A stretch of 64,000 nt of DNA from Cyanophora paradoxa CCMP329 (Eukaryota > Plantae > Glaucophyta): assembly GCA_004431415.1 (NCBI GenBank), contig QPMI01000596.1, positions 61,047-125,046 of the forward strand, in the 5' to 3' direction. The notes under the pieces were generated by a model. The model was not told the origin of the DNA. It did not search any database and saw only the letters and a program-made list of their open reading frames with translations. Positions 11,116 through 24,500 of the stretch are shown piece after piece (position 1 is the stretch's first letter; each line of letters begins with the position of its first letter). The translations under genes were made by a program, and so were the position numbers.

Positions 11116-13714
11116 CTAAACTGCAGCGGCGATTTGGATGTCGTTGACGTCATCGTCCACGGGGGTAGAGGGCATGCTGAGCGAGCGCGGCCGGTCGTAC
11201 GCGTGCTGGGGCTTGACGACGACGGCCACCTCCGCGTGGGCCGGGGCGGCAAGCAGGGGGGTACGCTCCGTCGCGCGCGAGACGGGTACGGGCGCCGGGA
11301 CGGCCATGGGGGGCAGGTCCGCGTTGTTCCCGGTGACCGGGCGCCACATCAGGTACCCCAGAAGGCCGATGTACCCCGCGGCGACGATGCCGCAGGCGAA
11401 GTACGAGGCGTAGAGGGCCGAACCGCCGTCCGGCAGGGCGGGCAGGAGCGTCATACAGACGAGCCCCAGGTTGGCGGCAATGGCCGCGCACGCGGCGACC
11501 CAGGAGCCGTAGCGGACGAATCCTGCGTGGGAGAGCGAGCGAGCGAGTGAGCGGGGGTGTACGTCATTCGGGACGCGGGACGGTGGGTACCGGTCGACGC
11601 GAACTGGCCCATGAGGCGGCGGCTCTCCACGAACTTGAGGAGGGGTAGGAGGGCAAAGGGGAGCTGGAAGGAGAGCAGCACGGAGGAGAAGATGATGAGC
11701 GCGTTCGAGCCCTGCGAGGAAGGAGACGTCAGGAGAGGGCGGCGGAGCGGAGCGGCGCGGCGGAGCGGAGCGGGCGAAGAAACGCGTACCCGCTCGTCGG
11801 ACGTGAGCGCGACGGCCAGGGAGGGTACGATGGCGAAGCCGCGCGTGATCGCATTGCGGATCCACGAGCGCATGCGCATCTCCACGAAGCCCTGCCGCGG
11901 ACCCGGGTTCGATCCCGGGCGGGCCCACAAAGACCCGCCGGCCGCCGGCGTGACTCACCTCCATGACATACTGGCCGGCGAAGGTTCCGGTGATGCAGGA
12001 GCTCTGGCCGGACGCCAAGAGGCCGACGGCCCACACGATCGGCGCGATTTTGCTGCGGAAAGGGGGCGGCGCGGTCCGGTCGGCACGGGGTTCGAATCAA
12101 ATCATCTCCGGCGCGCCCATTATAACTTCGTTCGCACCTGTGGAGCACGTCGCCGAGCAGCCGGTGCGCGTCCTCCAGAGTGATGTCGTCGGCGTTCGAC
12201 GGGAAGAAACGCCTGCGGGAAAACCTCAGCACGCGTGTTCCGTGCGCGGCGCCGAGCGGAGAACGCACGCGGCGGCGACGGCGAGGACGGCAATGTTGAC
12301 GACGCAGGAAACGGCGAGGGCGACGCCGCTCTCGATAAGCTGCGCGGCGGAGGAGGCGACGTCGGCGACTGCGGCCGGCGCGGCGCAGGCGGCGGCTGGC
12401 AGGGTGCGTCGCGCGCACGTTGTACAGGTTCGCCTGGCGGATCTTCTTCACGTTCGTGCGGTCGAAGCGGCGAGACTGCACCAGCGCCGAGTGCAGGTAC
12501 AGGTTCTGCCGGCGCGACAAGTCAGGGGCCGCCCTGCGCAGGATTGCGCGGGACGAGCGCGGCGGATGCGCACGTGCGGCATGACGACCGCGCCGAGCAG
12601 GGAGACGGCGAGGAACATCGAGCCGTCGCCGTCCAGCCGAGGCAGGGCCGTGCCCTCGAGCAGAGCGCCGGCGTCCGGCTTGCTCAGGAACATCTGCGTC
12701 GCGTGCGCGTCAGCAGCGCGCGCATACCGCACGGCGAACTGGCGCCGCGTCGCACCTCGAACACGAAACAGGCCGAGATGACGAATATGAACATGGCGAA
12801 GCACGCCTCGAGCTTCCGCACGCCGAAGCGCTGCAGCGCCAGGAACACAAACGTTCCCAGACCCGTGATCAGGACGCCCACCCAGAGCTGGATGCCGAAC
12901 AGCAACTTCAGAGCGAAGGCGGTGCCGACGACCTGCGGGCGGCGGCTCAGATCGGGGCGGAGCCCTCGTCTGCGGCGCGTCCTCACCTCCGGGATGTCGG
13001 CCGCGATGATCGCCAGCTCGGCCAGCAGCCAGAGGACGTAGCTGACTGGCCGCGGGTACTCATCGCGGCATTTCTGCGCGAGGTTCCTGCCCGTCACGAG
13101 GCCCAGGCGGCTGGAGAGCGTCTGAAGCAGGAGCCCGAGCGCCGTCGACCAGATGAGCACCCAGGCGAGCCTGAGGAACCGGACACGAGGAGGCGTCAGC
13201 GGGTAAGTTCGGGGCGGGCGGCGCGGCGAGGCAAGGTAAGGCGCACGTGTAACCGAATTGAGCGCCAGCGGCAAGGTCGACGGCGATGTTGCCGGGGTCG
13301 ATGTAGGCGATCTGCGCGCCCAGTGTGTGAGCAACTAGCGGAATGCCAGAGGCCGCGAGGGGAGGGGCCCCGGCATCCGCGGGAAACGCAAGGCAACGCA
13401 CAGAGACAAGGAAACCTGCACGTTGCCGGGGAGCGGAGGGTCAGGAAGCGAAACGGGGGGTGTGGATGCCGACAGCGCGAACCGGGGCCGAGGAACTTCA
13501 GGAGCTGTGACCACGAAAAAGACTCGCCGACGTCAACATCGACGATGTCTTCTTCCTGGAAAGCCCTGTGGGACACCCGCTTCGCCGATGTTTTGTCTCC
13601 TTCGCCCTTCGGTGAGGACTCGCTGGGGGAGGCTCCGCGACTGCTCAACTCCTCTATCTTGATCACCGCGTCATTTGGCGACGGCTGGCAAGCGGGGAAG
13701 CCGCTCGCTGTCAT
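11116..13714 (-). CDS. NRAMP family divalent metal transporter, multi-exon
   Basis: FLGPG, [93 protein letters not shown]. Confidence 0.95.
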
Positions 13715-15354
13715 TGCTGCCTGGCCGCCTCCTCGAGCCGCCGCGTCCAGCGCCCCGCGGGGCTTGATTCAGCTAAACTGTGATGTCGCCGTTTTCTGGG
13801 GCTGCGCTCCGCACCGCCGCCAGCGAACAGGGCAGGGCCTCTGATTGCTTTCACCCTAAACCCCTTTTTTTGCCCGGGTACAGAAATCGGCCACACGCTG
13901 GCGCGCGCCTCCCACACGCGCCGGCACTGGCTCAGCGGCCGTGGCTGCAGCTGATAGCGACCGGGCGTTCGCAGCTGCGCATACTAGTACGACTCGCCGA
14001 ATCGACAAGACGCTTGAATTGCTAGAGCGCGCAGCGCTAGCGCTAGCGCTAGCTGCATGCGATCGGCCGCGCGCAGCCGCGGCGCGCGCTCCATGACCGT
14101 AACCAGCCTGGCAGCTGCAGAGACTCCTCGTATTAACTCTAGATCTACGTGTGGATGAGCGCGCGCGAGGCCGGCTCGTGTTCGAGCCAGCGCTTGCGCA
14201 TGCGAGCTCATGATATCGATATCGATCAAGTGTATGCCTAGGCCTCGGAATCGGAATCGGGCGTCATGATATCGATCAAGGATTATCGTCCGGTCCGCCG
14301 GCCGCGGGGCGCCGGCGACGCCTGCCAGGCCTAGGCTGGCCGCGCGCCGGCGCGGCGCGCGCGCGCGCATGCGCATGCGCATGCATATGCGCAGTCTCAG
14401 CGCGCGCGCAGATCTAGATCTAGAGGCCTAGCTAGCGCCGGCTCAGCCGGCTCAGCTGCACTGCGGCAGCTCGCCATATACGTATGCATTCCAGAAAGCG
14501 ATCGCGCGGCCGCCCTGCCCGGGCTACGCATGCCGGGGCCGCTGCCCTGGGCCGGTCGGCCGAAATCATGATCAATTAAAGCGCTCGAAATCAAAAAGCG
14601 CCCGCGCGCGCGCGCTCGCACTAGCGACTCCAGTATACCGTAGCGAGCGCGTAATTGCTCGCGCCCGGCAAGGAATAGCTCGTGCACTGCGGCAGCCCCT
14701 GCCCGGCCCCGCGGCCGATGTTCGAATTCGGAAGCCCCTGCGCATGCAGCGCGCGCTAGCGCCAGGCAGTGCACTTGCTATTCTTGGCGACGCTAGCGCG
14801 ACGGCTCAGCGGCTACCATGATCATGATCAAAGCAGCCTACCAGCAAGAAAGCGTCGCCAGCTCATCGATATCCGATGATCGCGCTTTAATATTCGCGAT
14901 CGACCCTACGTGTCACGGTGAGCCCGTCACAGCGGACGCCGCCGTTAGGCGCGTTACCCCCGGGAGCTGGCATAGCGTTTGCGTCTTCACCAAGTTAGAG
15001 AGCGCACGGTACTGTGGCTGCTGCTGGGTCAACTTACGTCTACTGCGCATGCGGCCGTATTACTGTGCTCACTGAACAACAGCTCCGGTCACCGCCTGCG
15101 CCGCAAAGTCACAGCTGCAGACGCATCACTCAGCCCGGCGGCCCAGGCCAGCTCGTATACGTACGCTCATCTAGGCCGGTGCCTGTCGCTGATCGGACCC
15201 TGCTCGGCACGTGTACGGTACGTGCAAGCAGCAGCGCTAGCAGCGCTAGCCGGGCGCCGCTCATGATCAGCAAACCTCGGGCCTCGCCGCGCGCGCCGCC
15301 GAACCGACCACGTGCACCCGCGCAGCCGCAGGCCAAAAGCTGACACCAGGAGAG

Positions 15355-18300
15355 ATGATGTGCCCGCGTGCCGGCGCGCACGCGCGCCCCTACGCGCTCC
15401 TAGCCACGATCGGCCTCCTCTGCGCCCTAGGCCTGCTCCCCGCGGGGCTCGCACTTACCCTCACCAGAGGTGCGCTAGTTCCGAGCGTCGAGGATCAGCC
15501 GCGATTCCTTCTCTGTTTCTCAGTAATAGTATCTTACGCGCGCGCCCGGCCCGCAGGTCTGACGCTGACGACCTCGAACATGGCCCTCTTTTCTCCGGCG
15601 CTGGCCGTACGCGGCGCCACTTTCGCCGTCGTCCCGCCCGGGTCCGTAATCACGATCACGCCGCGCCTCGCCGCGCCTCGCCTCGAGCTCATCCCGTCCG
15701 CGGCCGTCCCAGGGCGGAGGTGAAGCTCTCGCTGTCGAGCACGAACGCCAGCGTCGGGGCCGAGTCGACCTTCGCCCTCTACCGCGTCGCTGCGGCCTAC
15801 GAAGACTTCCTCGCGGCCTCGTGCGCATGCGCCGCCGGGCCGGACCGTCGGACCCAGTGAAACGGGACCAATTTAAATGAATTTAGATTAGACCCCTCAA
15901 AAGAGCTCACGAGCTCAATATAGTCCTTCCCGGCCCAGCGCCTACCGTAGTACTTTGAAAGTTTAATTTAGGCTTTATTCAGATCTAGAGCTTGAACCAA
16001 GAGCTCACGATCATCGCGCGCGGCAGGACGCCCACCCCCGGATCGTACGTGGCCACGAACCTGACCATCAAGACGACCGCCGGCGCGACCTACACGATGC
16101 CCGCCGATGAGAAGTTCGGCGCCGTCATCGTCCTCGTCGCCGGCACCGCCCGTGCGCGCGCGCCGCGCGCACAATTTGATCCGGATCAAATTTGAATTTG
16201 ATCCGTCGACGTCCGCCCCTGATTCGAATTTCGAATTCAGCGTGCGTGGCGGAGTCGTTCTCGGCCCCTGGGTGCTACCTTGCGGCCCTGCCCGCCTTCG
16301 TCGCCCCAGCCGACTCGGTCACCTTCATGCGCCTCGCCGGCCTCGCCACCGTCGGGTCCGACGGTACGTGCACGTGCACGTACCCCTCCGATCTGATTTG
16401 ATCCGATTCGATTTGATCTGACCTGGAATTTCTAAGCAGCCGGGCAGCTCCGTTTCACGACGCCGCCCTCCCTCTTGGACCTCGTCGCGGCCGCCTCCTC
16501 CGGGAACGTCACCGCGCAGCAGGCCGCCGTGTGCGTCGGATTTTGAGCCCCGAGCCCCCAGCGCAAGCCCCGGCCCGCCTCTGCTACAATTAAATCCTAG
16601 ATCTAAATCTAGCCTGCCTCTGACTTCGGCCGGGAATGCGGTCGGGCCCGCAGACTGTGGAGCCGCGCCGCCGTCCCGTTCGTCACCGGTGCGGCTTCGA
16701 TCTCTGACCCTAAGCTTTAGTCTCAGGTCATGTTTCTGATCATGACGCCGCGCCACGCAGGCTCGACGTACCTCCTCCAGTCCGACGCGAAGAACGTGGG
16801 CGCTCTCTCCGTCGCCCTCTACAAGTACAACGGCGAGACGGTTCGTTAAATTTAAACATTCAATTCAACTAAGCTGAGCTAAGCTTAGCTAAATATAAGC
16901 TAAGCTTCTCATGATCACGGATGCACATATGCATAACCTTCGTTCGCGCCCTCCGCAGCTGGGGGCGGCCCTGGCGGGCCCCAGGAGCGGCGCGACGTCC
17001 AGCGCGACAGACCCCCTCGCGGCCAGCCGGGCGACGGTCATCGTCGATAACCAGGTACCCCCGCCCCGCCCCGGCCCTCCTTCGAATTCCCCCCTGCCCG
17101 GCCGCGGCCGCCTTTCCCCTCCTCTCGCGCGCGCCCTTTGTAGCCACCGCTCGTCATTGCTCCTTCGCAACCGAACTCCCCCCCCCCCCCCCCCCCCCTC
17201 CTAAGCTTAAGCCTCCCCCCACCTATCCGGCGCCCTCCCCCCCCTTCCTCCCCCCCCCCCGACACTTCCCCCCCCCTTCTCGAGTACCACCACCAGGCGA
17301 ACTGATCGTGTACCCCCTCAGGCCGTCGCCGCCGGCAGCAATAACGTCTCGATGACCTGGACCGTCGTCAGCGCCCTCACCTCCGGTACCGCCCCCCCCC
17401 CCCCCCATTCCCCTTAGGCTCTGATCGGCGCGGCCTGGGGCCCGGCCCTCTCCAGGCCTCTACATGATGGTTTCGACGTCCAAGACGCCCTCCGCCCCCG
17501 CCGGGGACATCGCAGTGGTGCGAGGCATATAATTATGTTCTAGATCTAATTATAATTCTAATCCTGGGTGGTGCGCAGGCGTTCGTGCAGCAGTACAGGG
17601 CGTGCACCGGCGACTGCCGCAGGCTCCTCGGCACCTGGAGCGTGCGTGAGGGCTCGAACTTCGGAAAATTTTAATGCTGGATGATATCGATATATCGGTC
17701 ATCCATTGATCATCCATTGACGTGTACGGGTACGGGCACAGGCCGCCGGCGAGGACTGCAAGAACACCAGCGAGTCTGAGGCGCCCGCGGCCGGGCCCTG
17801 CCCTCCGCTCACTTCTAATTCCGAGCCTTTAATTTACGCCCTTCATTCATGCGCAGGGCGCCTTCACGATGCGCTTCACGAGCGTGGGGAGCGCCGGCGT
17901 GATGGTCGCATTCACATATAAGGTCCGGATCCCTCCATATCATTAGCTTAAAAGCTTTCCGAACGGCTCAGCGGCTGTCAAGAAGGCCTGCGCTTGCAAT
18001 TGCTTGCTTATAACTGATCGTTGGAACCTCGTTCTGTTTCCTGCAGGACGCGCCGACGCTCTCCTGCCTCGTGGATTCCTACTCGGGCACCAAGGCAAGC
18101 CGAGCCGCGGCTTGGCTCCAAGCTCAAGCCGCCCCGGCCTCTTTTTTTATCTCCTTATCTCACTCACTCCTTCGAATTGTCTTTCCCCTCAGATGACGTA
18201 CACGTGCCTCGGCTACGGCTCGGACGCGACCAAGACCATCACGCTCTGCGTGAACGTTCTCCTTGCCGCCGACAACAACACGGTGACCAAATCCGCCCCT

Positions 18301-19842
18301 CTCGATCCCAACACCCCCTCCTCCGGATCCGCCTCCAATCGCGTCCTCCTCCATAGATTATAACGACTAAGTAAACTAAGTTAGTTAGATCACTTTAAAA
18401 CACCACATCTAATGTAACTAGTCTAATCTAATTATAATCTTTATCAGGCCGGGGCTGCGTTCACGGTCCCGACCGTGCTCGACGGCGTCGGCCAACTGAC
18501 CTGCCTGGACTCGGTGCCGGCGAACTTCCCGACGGCCACGCGGCCCGCCTGCCCCGCCGACAAGTCCTACGGCGTGTGCGTACCCCTCGATTCTATATAT
18601 AATATCTTTTCAGCTTCTTGAGCCTCTGGTCCCTGACTCGAACTCTGGCCTCGCAGCGGCCTCATGACCCGCAGTTCGCCCTTCCCCCTCTGCCCCCCCC
18701 CCCCCCCCCCCCCCCCCACCCTCTTCGAATTCCCCCTGACCTCAACTCCTCCCCCCCCCCCCTCTCCAGCCTCCGTCTCCGCGGTGCGTATGCGCGAGCG
18801 GCCGGGCACGGCTCGAATTTAAAATTTTAATTTTGTATACAATTTGATCCGGCGCGCGCCTCGCTGACTTGAGCCGATGTCGATCGACGACTTCGCTTCT
18901 TTTCGGCGCAGTCGGTCGTCCTGCTCGCGGACCCGAAGAGCCTCGACACGAGGAAGGCGGCCGAGGACTTCAAGGCCAAGATCGGAAGCACCGCCGCCAA
19001 GGTCCGGCTCCGCGTTCGAATTCGGCTCAGCTAGGCGCAGGCCTAGGGCCGCGCGCGGCCGGGCCGAAATCATATAGATTAAAGGGCGCTTTTATTCGAT
19101 CTGATATATATGATCGTGAGCTATGGCTTAAGCTTGGCGGTTTCGAACAGCGAGAGCAGCGGTTTTGAAATAGATTTTGCTAGTTGAAAGTATTATGGCC
19201 TGCGATTGCACTGATAGGAGCGCAGGTGGAAGTCGCGTCGGTCACCGTTCTTAGGAGTGCCCGCCGGTGGGTGTTCTTTTAGTTCTCCTCTTCCGCCCGT
19301 TCCTCCCTAAGCTTGATCGCCGGCGCGGCAGGTCCCGCCGTAGCACGCTTCAGGTGCAGCAGCTCCTCGTCGAGTTCATCGTGACGCCCCAGACGGGCAC
19401 CACGCCGTCCTCCATCCTCTCGTGCGTGCACGTGCTTGAAACTTCGAGTTGAATTCGAACTCGCATTTTTTTCTCGCGCGAAAAACAATATCGCGAAGAA
19501 AGAAATGCCTGATCATGACCTTTCGCAGGACGATTACGACCCTCGCTAGCAGCGGGCAGCTCGGGAGCCTCGGCGGCGCCTCCGTCTCTTCGGTACGCCG
19601 GGCGCCCGTTAAACGTTGCAACTGACGCGCGTAACTGCCGTAACTGCCGTAAATTAAACTGACGTGCGCGTAACTGACAGGTGAACACGGACCGCACTCT
19701 CCCCCTGACGACGACGACGGGCGGGGGCTCGAATACCGGCGGCACCGGCAGCAACTCGGCGGCGGCGCCCCTGGCCCGCTCCGCCCCCCTCGTCGCCCTC
19801 GCCCTCGCCCTCGCTGCCTCCCTTGGTCTGGCGCTCGTGTAG
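15355..19842 (+). CDS. Secreted, probably GPI-anchored cell-surface protein with many small exons
   Basis: N-terminal signal-like segment (PYALLATIGLLCALGLLPAGLA) and Thr/Ser/Cys-rich beta-type exons separated by GT-AG introns. The end is a Ser/Gly linker plus hydrophobic tail, GGTGSNSAAAPLARSAPLVALALALAASLGLALV*. Exon set not fully resolved. Confidence 0.6.
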
Positions 19843-21546
19843 GCCCCCTTCGGGCTGTACATCGTACTCCGGGGCCCGATCGCGACCGACTCGCTGGTCA
19901 CGATCGCGATTTCGAGTTCGCCAGTGAATCAAGATCAAGATCAGCGCACGATCATGAATAAAGTAGGGCGCTGCAGCTGTAAAGATTTCTGTACATGTGC
20001 GCAGCTAGCGCTACTAGGCTATAGTACCGTAGCACGTATACATACGTAGCGTGCAGACTCTGAGAGCTCTTACTGTGAACAGATGCTAGATCGTTTTCGC
20101 GATGCCGCAGTGTGCAGTGTACAGTTTTGATTTTGTTGACTGTGTGAGTGACGGTTATGAATTAATAACCGATGCATATGTGATATAATATGTACGTCTA
20201 CACCTAGCGTTTTAACGTTGGCCGAAGAGACTGAGAGCTCTGCATCCAGGAAGGGGCTATAGCTAGCGCTGGCTGGATGCATATATATGGGGTGGGCGTC
20301 TGCGTCACGGCGTGGGCGCTGGCCACGCGAACGGGCCATGGGGGCTAACTAGCCTAGTAGCGCCATATATAGGGGACTCCGGGAGCTCGAGGCATGTGGA
20401 CCCGGCAGCCTGGCGCCGACAGGCCAGGCGCGTTGTGCGCACCGGAACAGAGGGGGCCCGGGGGGAAGCTCGAGGAAGGGTGGGGGGGGGGCTCGAGCTC
20501 TGAGGGCCGGGGGAGGAGGCGGGGAGGGGGGTGGGGGTGCAAATCAAATTTGCTCGGATTTGTCCGGCCAGGCAGGAAGGGGGTTGGCGCCCTCCCCACG
20601 CGCCTCTGTTTCCAACGTTAACGGCTCGGCCGGACCGTATGGGAGCGGGGGGGAGGGGGGGAAAGGGGGGGGGGGGGGCGGGGGGAACCCTTCGAATTCA
20701 TGAACAAGAATACAGATCGTGGGCACCCGATCGAATCGTGGAGGCCACGTGCGCGCGGAGCTCGAGGGTTGGGGGCACTGGCCATGGACATGGGCCGCGT
20801 GGCTGGCCTAGGGGACTCCGAGCTCGAGGCTCCGAGATCGCGGGGAGGGGCGGCCGCGGCCCCGGGGCGCGGAGGGCGGGGCGGGGGGGAGGGGGGGGGA
20901 GGGGGGAGGGGCTGGCCGGCGCCCAGGGGGCCGGGGGCAGGGGAGTCGGCGCGGCGGGGAGTCGGCGGGGAGCCTCGAGCTCGAGCTCGGAGTCCGGGGC
21001 CGGGCCGAAGGTCGACGGTACCGGTCTCGCGCGCGCGCCGGGCCGCCGCGCGGGCCGGCCCGGCGGGCCGCCGCCCCCGCGATCGATATCGAATATCGGC
21101 GTCCTCGAGCTCGCTGCTGGCCCATATGCATGCAAATGGGCTTCCGAGGCCGGGCTTCGAAATCGAATTCGCCCGCAGCCGGCGGGCCGGCGCCGGCGGC
21201 GCCGCGGCGGGCCGGCGGGCCGGCGGCGGCGGCCTCGCAATTTTTGAGTCGCAAAGCTTTAAGGCTCGCATGGGGTGGGGGATCGAACCGGTCGCATGGG
21301 GCCGACCCTCGCGCCCAATTCGCTGCAAGTCCCGCAAACTCAAAAGAAAAGAAAGTCCTACCCGGTAGCCAGCTTCCTTGCGCATGCTAGCCAGCCGCTA
21401 AGCTCGTGCGGCCGCGTAGCAGCTGCGCGGCACTGACGGGCGGCATCGATATCGCAAAGCCGGACTCTCTCCAGCTAGCCTCTAGCAGCTGCCCGACCGC
21501 GCCCGACAGCGGCCGCGGCGCCGCTCGCGGCTGACCGCGAAGCTAG

Positions 21547-24500
21547 ATGCTTTCTCGTATGCTGCCCTCGCCGCCGGAGTCCGTTGAGATGCAGCCTCTT
21601 CCGCCAGTGCAGCCGCCGCCCGCGGCCGCGCCAGCCGTTGCGGCCGCCGCCGGGGGCTTCGAAGACCGCGCGAACCTCAGCGGCGTGGACGGAAAGTTGG
21701 GGCGCATTCAGCTTCTGCTCGACAAGTCTGTCCAGAGGGTGCGCCCGCCCGCGGGCGCGGACCGCTGGCCGCGGTCGTGCGCTCTTCGTTCTCTCTCTGG
21801 ATTCCAATCTCGCCCGCACCACAGGCTGCCACGGACGGCACCGGCCTCACCCCGCGCTTGAGCAGCTTCCGAGGCTCTCGAGCGGCGGTGCGCCCCGCCG
21901 CCCGCCGCCCACCGCCCGCCGACCGCCGCAGGCTTGCGCCTCTGACTCGCGTACGCGACCCGTTCGCGGGGGCGCAGGCCGAGCGCGCCTCTGCCGCGGC
22001 GGATTCGGTCAGTCAGCTTCTGTCCCCCGCTTGAGCGAAAGCTTCCAGCCGCCCCTTCCTCTCGCCGCTTACGCCGCCCCGCGGCCCGCCCACAGGCACT
22101 TAGCGACGCCGGCGAGTCTTCGTACGCGTTCGGGGCCTCCCCGCAGGTAGGCGGCCCGCCCAGCAGGCTTCGCAGCTCCAATCGACCGCCGATTTGAATT
22201 CGCTCACCGCTGAGTCCCTCCCGCGCAGTCCGCGGCCTCGTTCCTTCGGGCGAACGTTTCGGGGCAGCCGTCTCTGGACCCCTCCGCGGGCCCCGCGCCG
22301 CCCGTCGCGGCGCGACACGGCCGGGGGCGGCCTACCCCCCCGCGCTTCCGCCTCCCGGCCGACTTTGGAGGCCTGTTCTCCTCCCAGTCGGACGCGGAGG
22401 GTACAGGCGCCAGCAGCGCCACGGACGTGGACGGGATGGCGCCGGTACCCCCCCGCGAGGCCCGGTCCGAGCGGGTACGCCGCCCCCGGCTCCGCGTCTC
22501 CGCCCCCCGCTCCCTCCGGAACCCCCTCGCGCCCCCCCCTCCGCCCCCTGTACCCCTGGACGACGACGACCTCCCCTCCGACGTCGAGTACTCCGCCGAG
22601 CCCTTCTCCGTCGGTACCCCCCCGTCGGGGCCCCCGGCCCCCGTGGTGTACTCCTCCGAGGCACCGGCGCCCCCCGCCCCGTCGGCCCCCAAGCCCCTCG
22701 CCGCCCGCGAGCGCGACTTCGTGCGCCCCTGCACCCGTACCCCCCTCCGGCGCTCCCCCGTACCCCGTCCGACCGCTCTCCGTACCCCCGCAGCACGAGG
22801 GTCTGCGGGAGATTCGCGAGGTCATGCGTGCGTACCTTCGAACCACCAAGCTAAGCCGCGCTCCTCCCCCCTATCTCTAACCTCCTCTCCTCTCCTCTCC
22901 TCTCCTCTAGGGCACGCGGAGCGGTGGCAGTTCGACCAGAGCGTGCTGCACCACGGGGAGAGCACGGCCGGCTCCGTCCGCCCCAGCGAGTACCTACACT
23001 ACCGGTCAGCCAGCGCCCCGCCGCCGCCCCGCCCGCCCCCAGCCGCCAGTGTGTCTGGACGAGATGGACAAGTCTAAGGGTGGATGGGATGGGATGGGAT
23101 GCGATGCGATGGCATGGGCGAGGTGTATAAGATGTGGGATGGGCAGCCTCGCCCCGCCCCGCCTCGCCCCGGCCCCCACCGCCGCCCCGCCCCTCCACGC
23201 CCCCCACCCACCAACTTGACCTCGCGCCCCCGCCCCGCCTCAGGTTCGACACGCCGGAGCACGCGAGCCGGCTGGTGATCTACCTGAAGGCCGTCGAGGG
23301 CGACCCGGGTCCGCCCCGCCGCCCCGCCCTGCCTCCGAAGGGGCCAGCTAGCTATAGAGGGGCTAGCTATAAGATAGAGCTAGAGGCCGCGGTCGGCCTT
23401 CGTGCCCGGAGCTCGCCCAGCCCTGATCACCTCGAGGTCAAAAGATAGAAGGCCGCCACTCCGCCCGGGAGCCCGCCTCGCGCTACGCCTCGCGTCCCCA
23501 GTGACCGCCACTCCCCATAAGGCCCTCAACCTTTAGCTCGCTCAGCCCTGATCACCTCCAGAGAGAGCTTGATAGAGCTAGACAAGATAGAGCTAAAGAG
23601 CTCTATCTTGTCGGCCCTCAACCCTTAGCTCGCTCCGCCCTGATCACCTCTAGATAGACTAGATAGCTCGCTAGCTCGCTATAAGATAGAGCTAGAGGCC
23701 GCGGTCGGCCCTCAACCCTTAGCTCGCTCAGCCCTGATCGTCCCTCTGCGGCGCGCGCGCTCAGACCTCTACGGCTCGTTCCTCTACCACGAGCCCAACA
23801 TGGCGAGTACCCCCGATTTGCCCCCCCCCCCCTCCCAACCCCCCCCACCCCGCCCTCCCTTGGGCTAGGCTGGTATCCTTAGCCGCTTCTAAGCCCAAGC
23901 CAACCGAAGGGCATCTCTTCGAGCATGGCGAGGCCTGGGCGCCCCCCGAGCCGTACCCCCCGCTCCCTTCTTCCCCCTCGTCTGACGCCGGCGGCCTCTG
24001 CCTTTGCGCGCGCGCAGGAGCGGCACCACTACAAGTCCACCCAGGAGGTACCCCCCTTCCTCCTTTCCCCCCCCCCCCTCGTCCCGCCCCGAAGCCTCGA
24101 GGCCTCGCTCCCCTCCTCCGCTGCCGTTCCCCCGCTGACCTCGCGGTACCCCCCCCAGGGCGACGACTACATGGTGATCGACGACAGCGACCCCGAGTTC
24201 CGCGCTACCCCCCTCTTCATCGGTCCGCAATCGTACCCCCTCCAACATACATACAAGCCCTCCAAGCTTAAGAAGCCGGTCTCCGCCCGGCTTAATATAA
24301 GCTTGAGCCTTCGCTGCCCAGCTATAACCTTCATATAAGCCGCGCCTAGCTCTCCAGGAAGCTAACTAACTAACACGCCGTTCTCGCCTCGGCAGCGGTG
24401 CACGGGGCGGGGACGAGCCCGGCGCGCTTCGAGCTGGCCGTCCGCTCCAACTCCACCTTCCCCCTCTCCCTCGGCCGGTGAGGCCGGACCCGCCCCGGGG

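Noticed and set aside
11900-11930. tRNA-like T-arm (GGTTCGATCCC); also at ~42595 and ~44075
   Set aside because: No D-arm, anticodon arm or acceptor stem can be built. The first lies in a short NRAMP intron.
20070-21390. Long Arg/Pro/Gly/Ala ORFs on both strands
   Set aside because: GC-rich intergenic DNA with homopolymer tracts, no domain and no splice pattern. The same applies to most overlapping ORFs in 1-43 kb.
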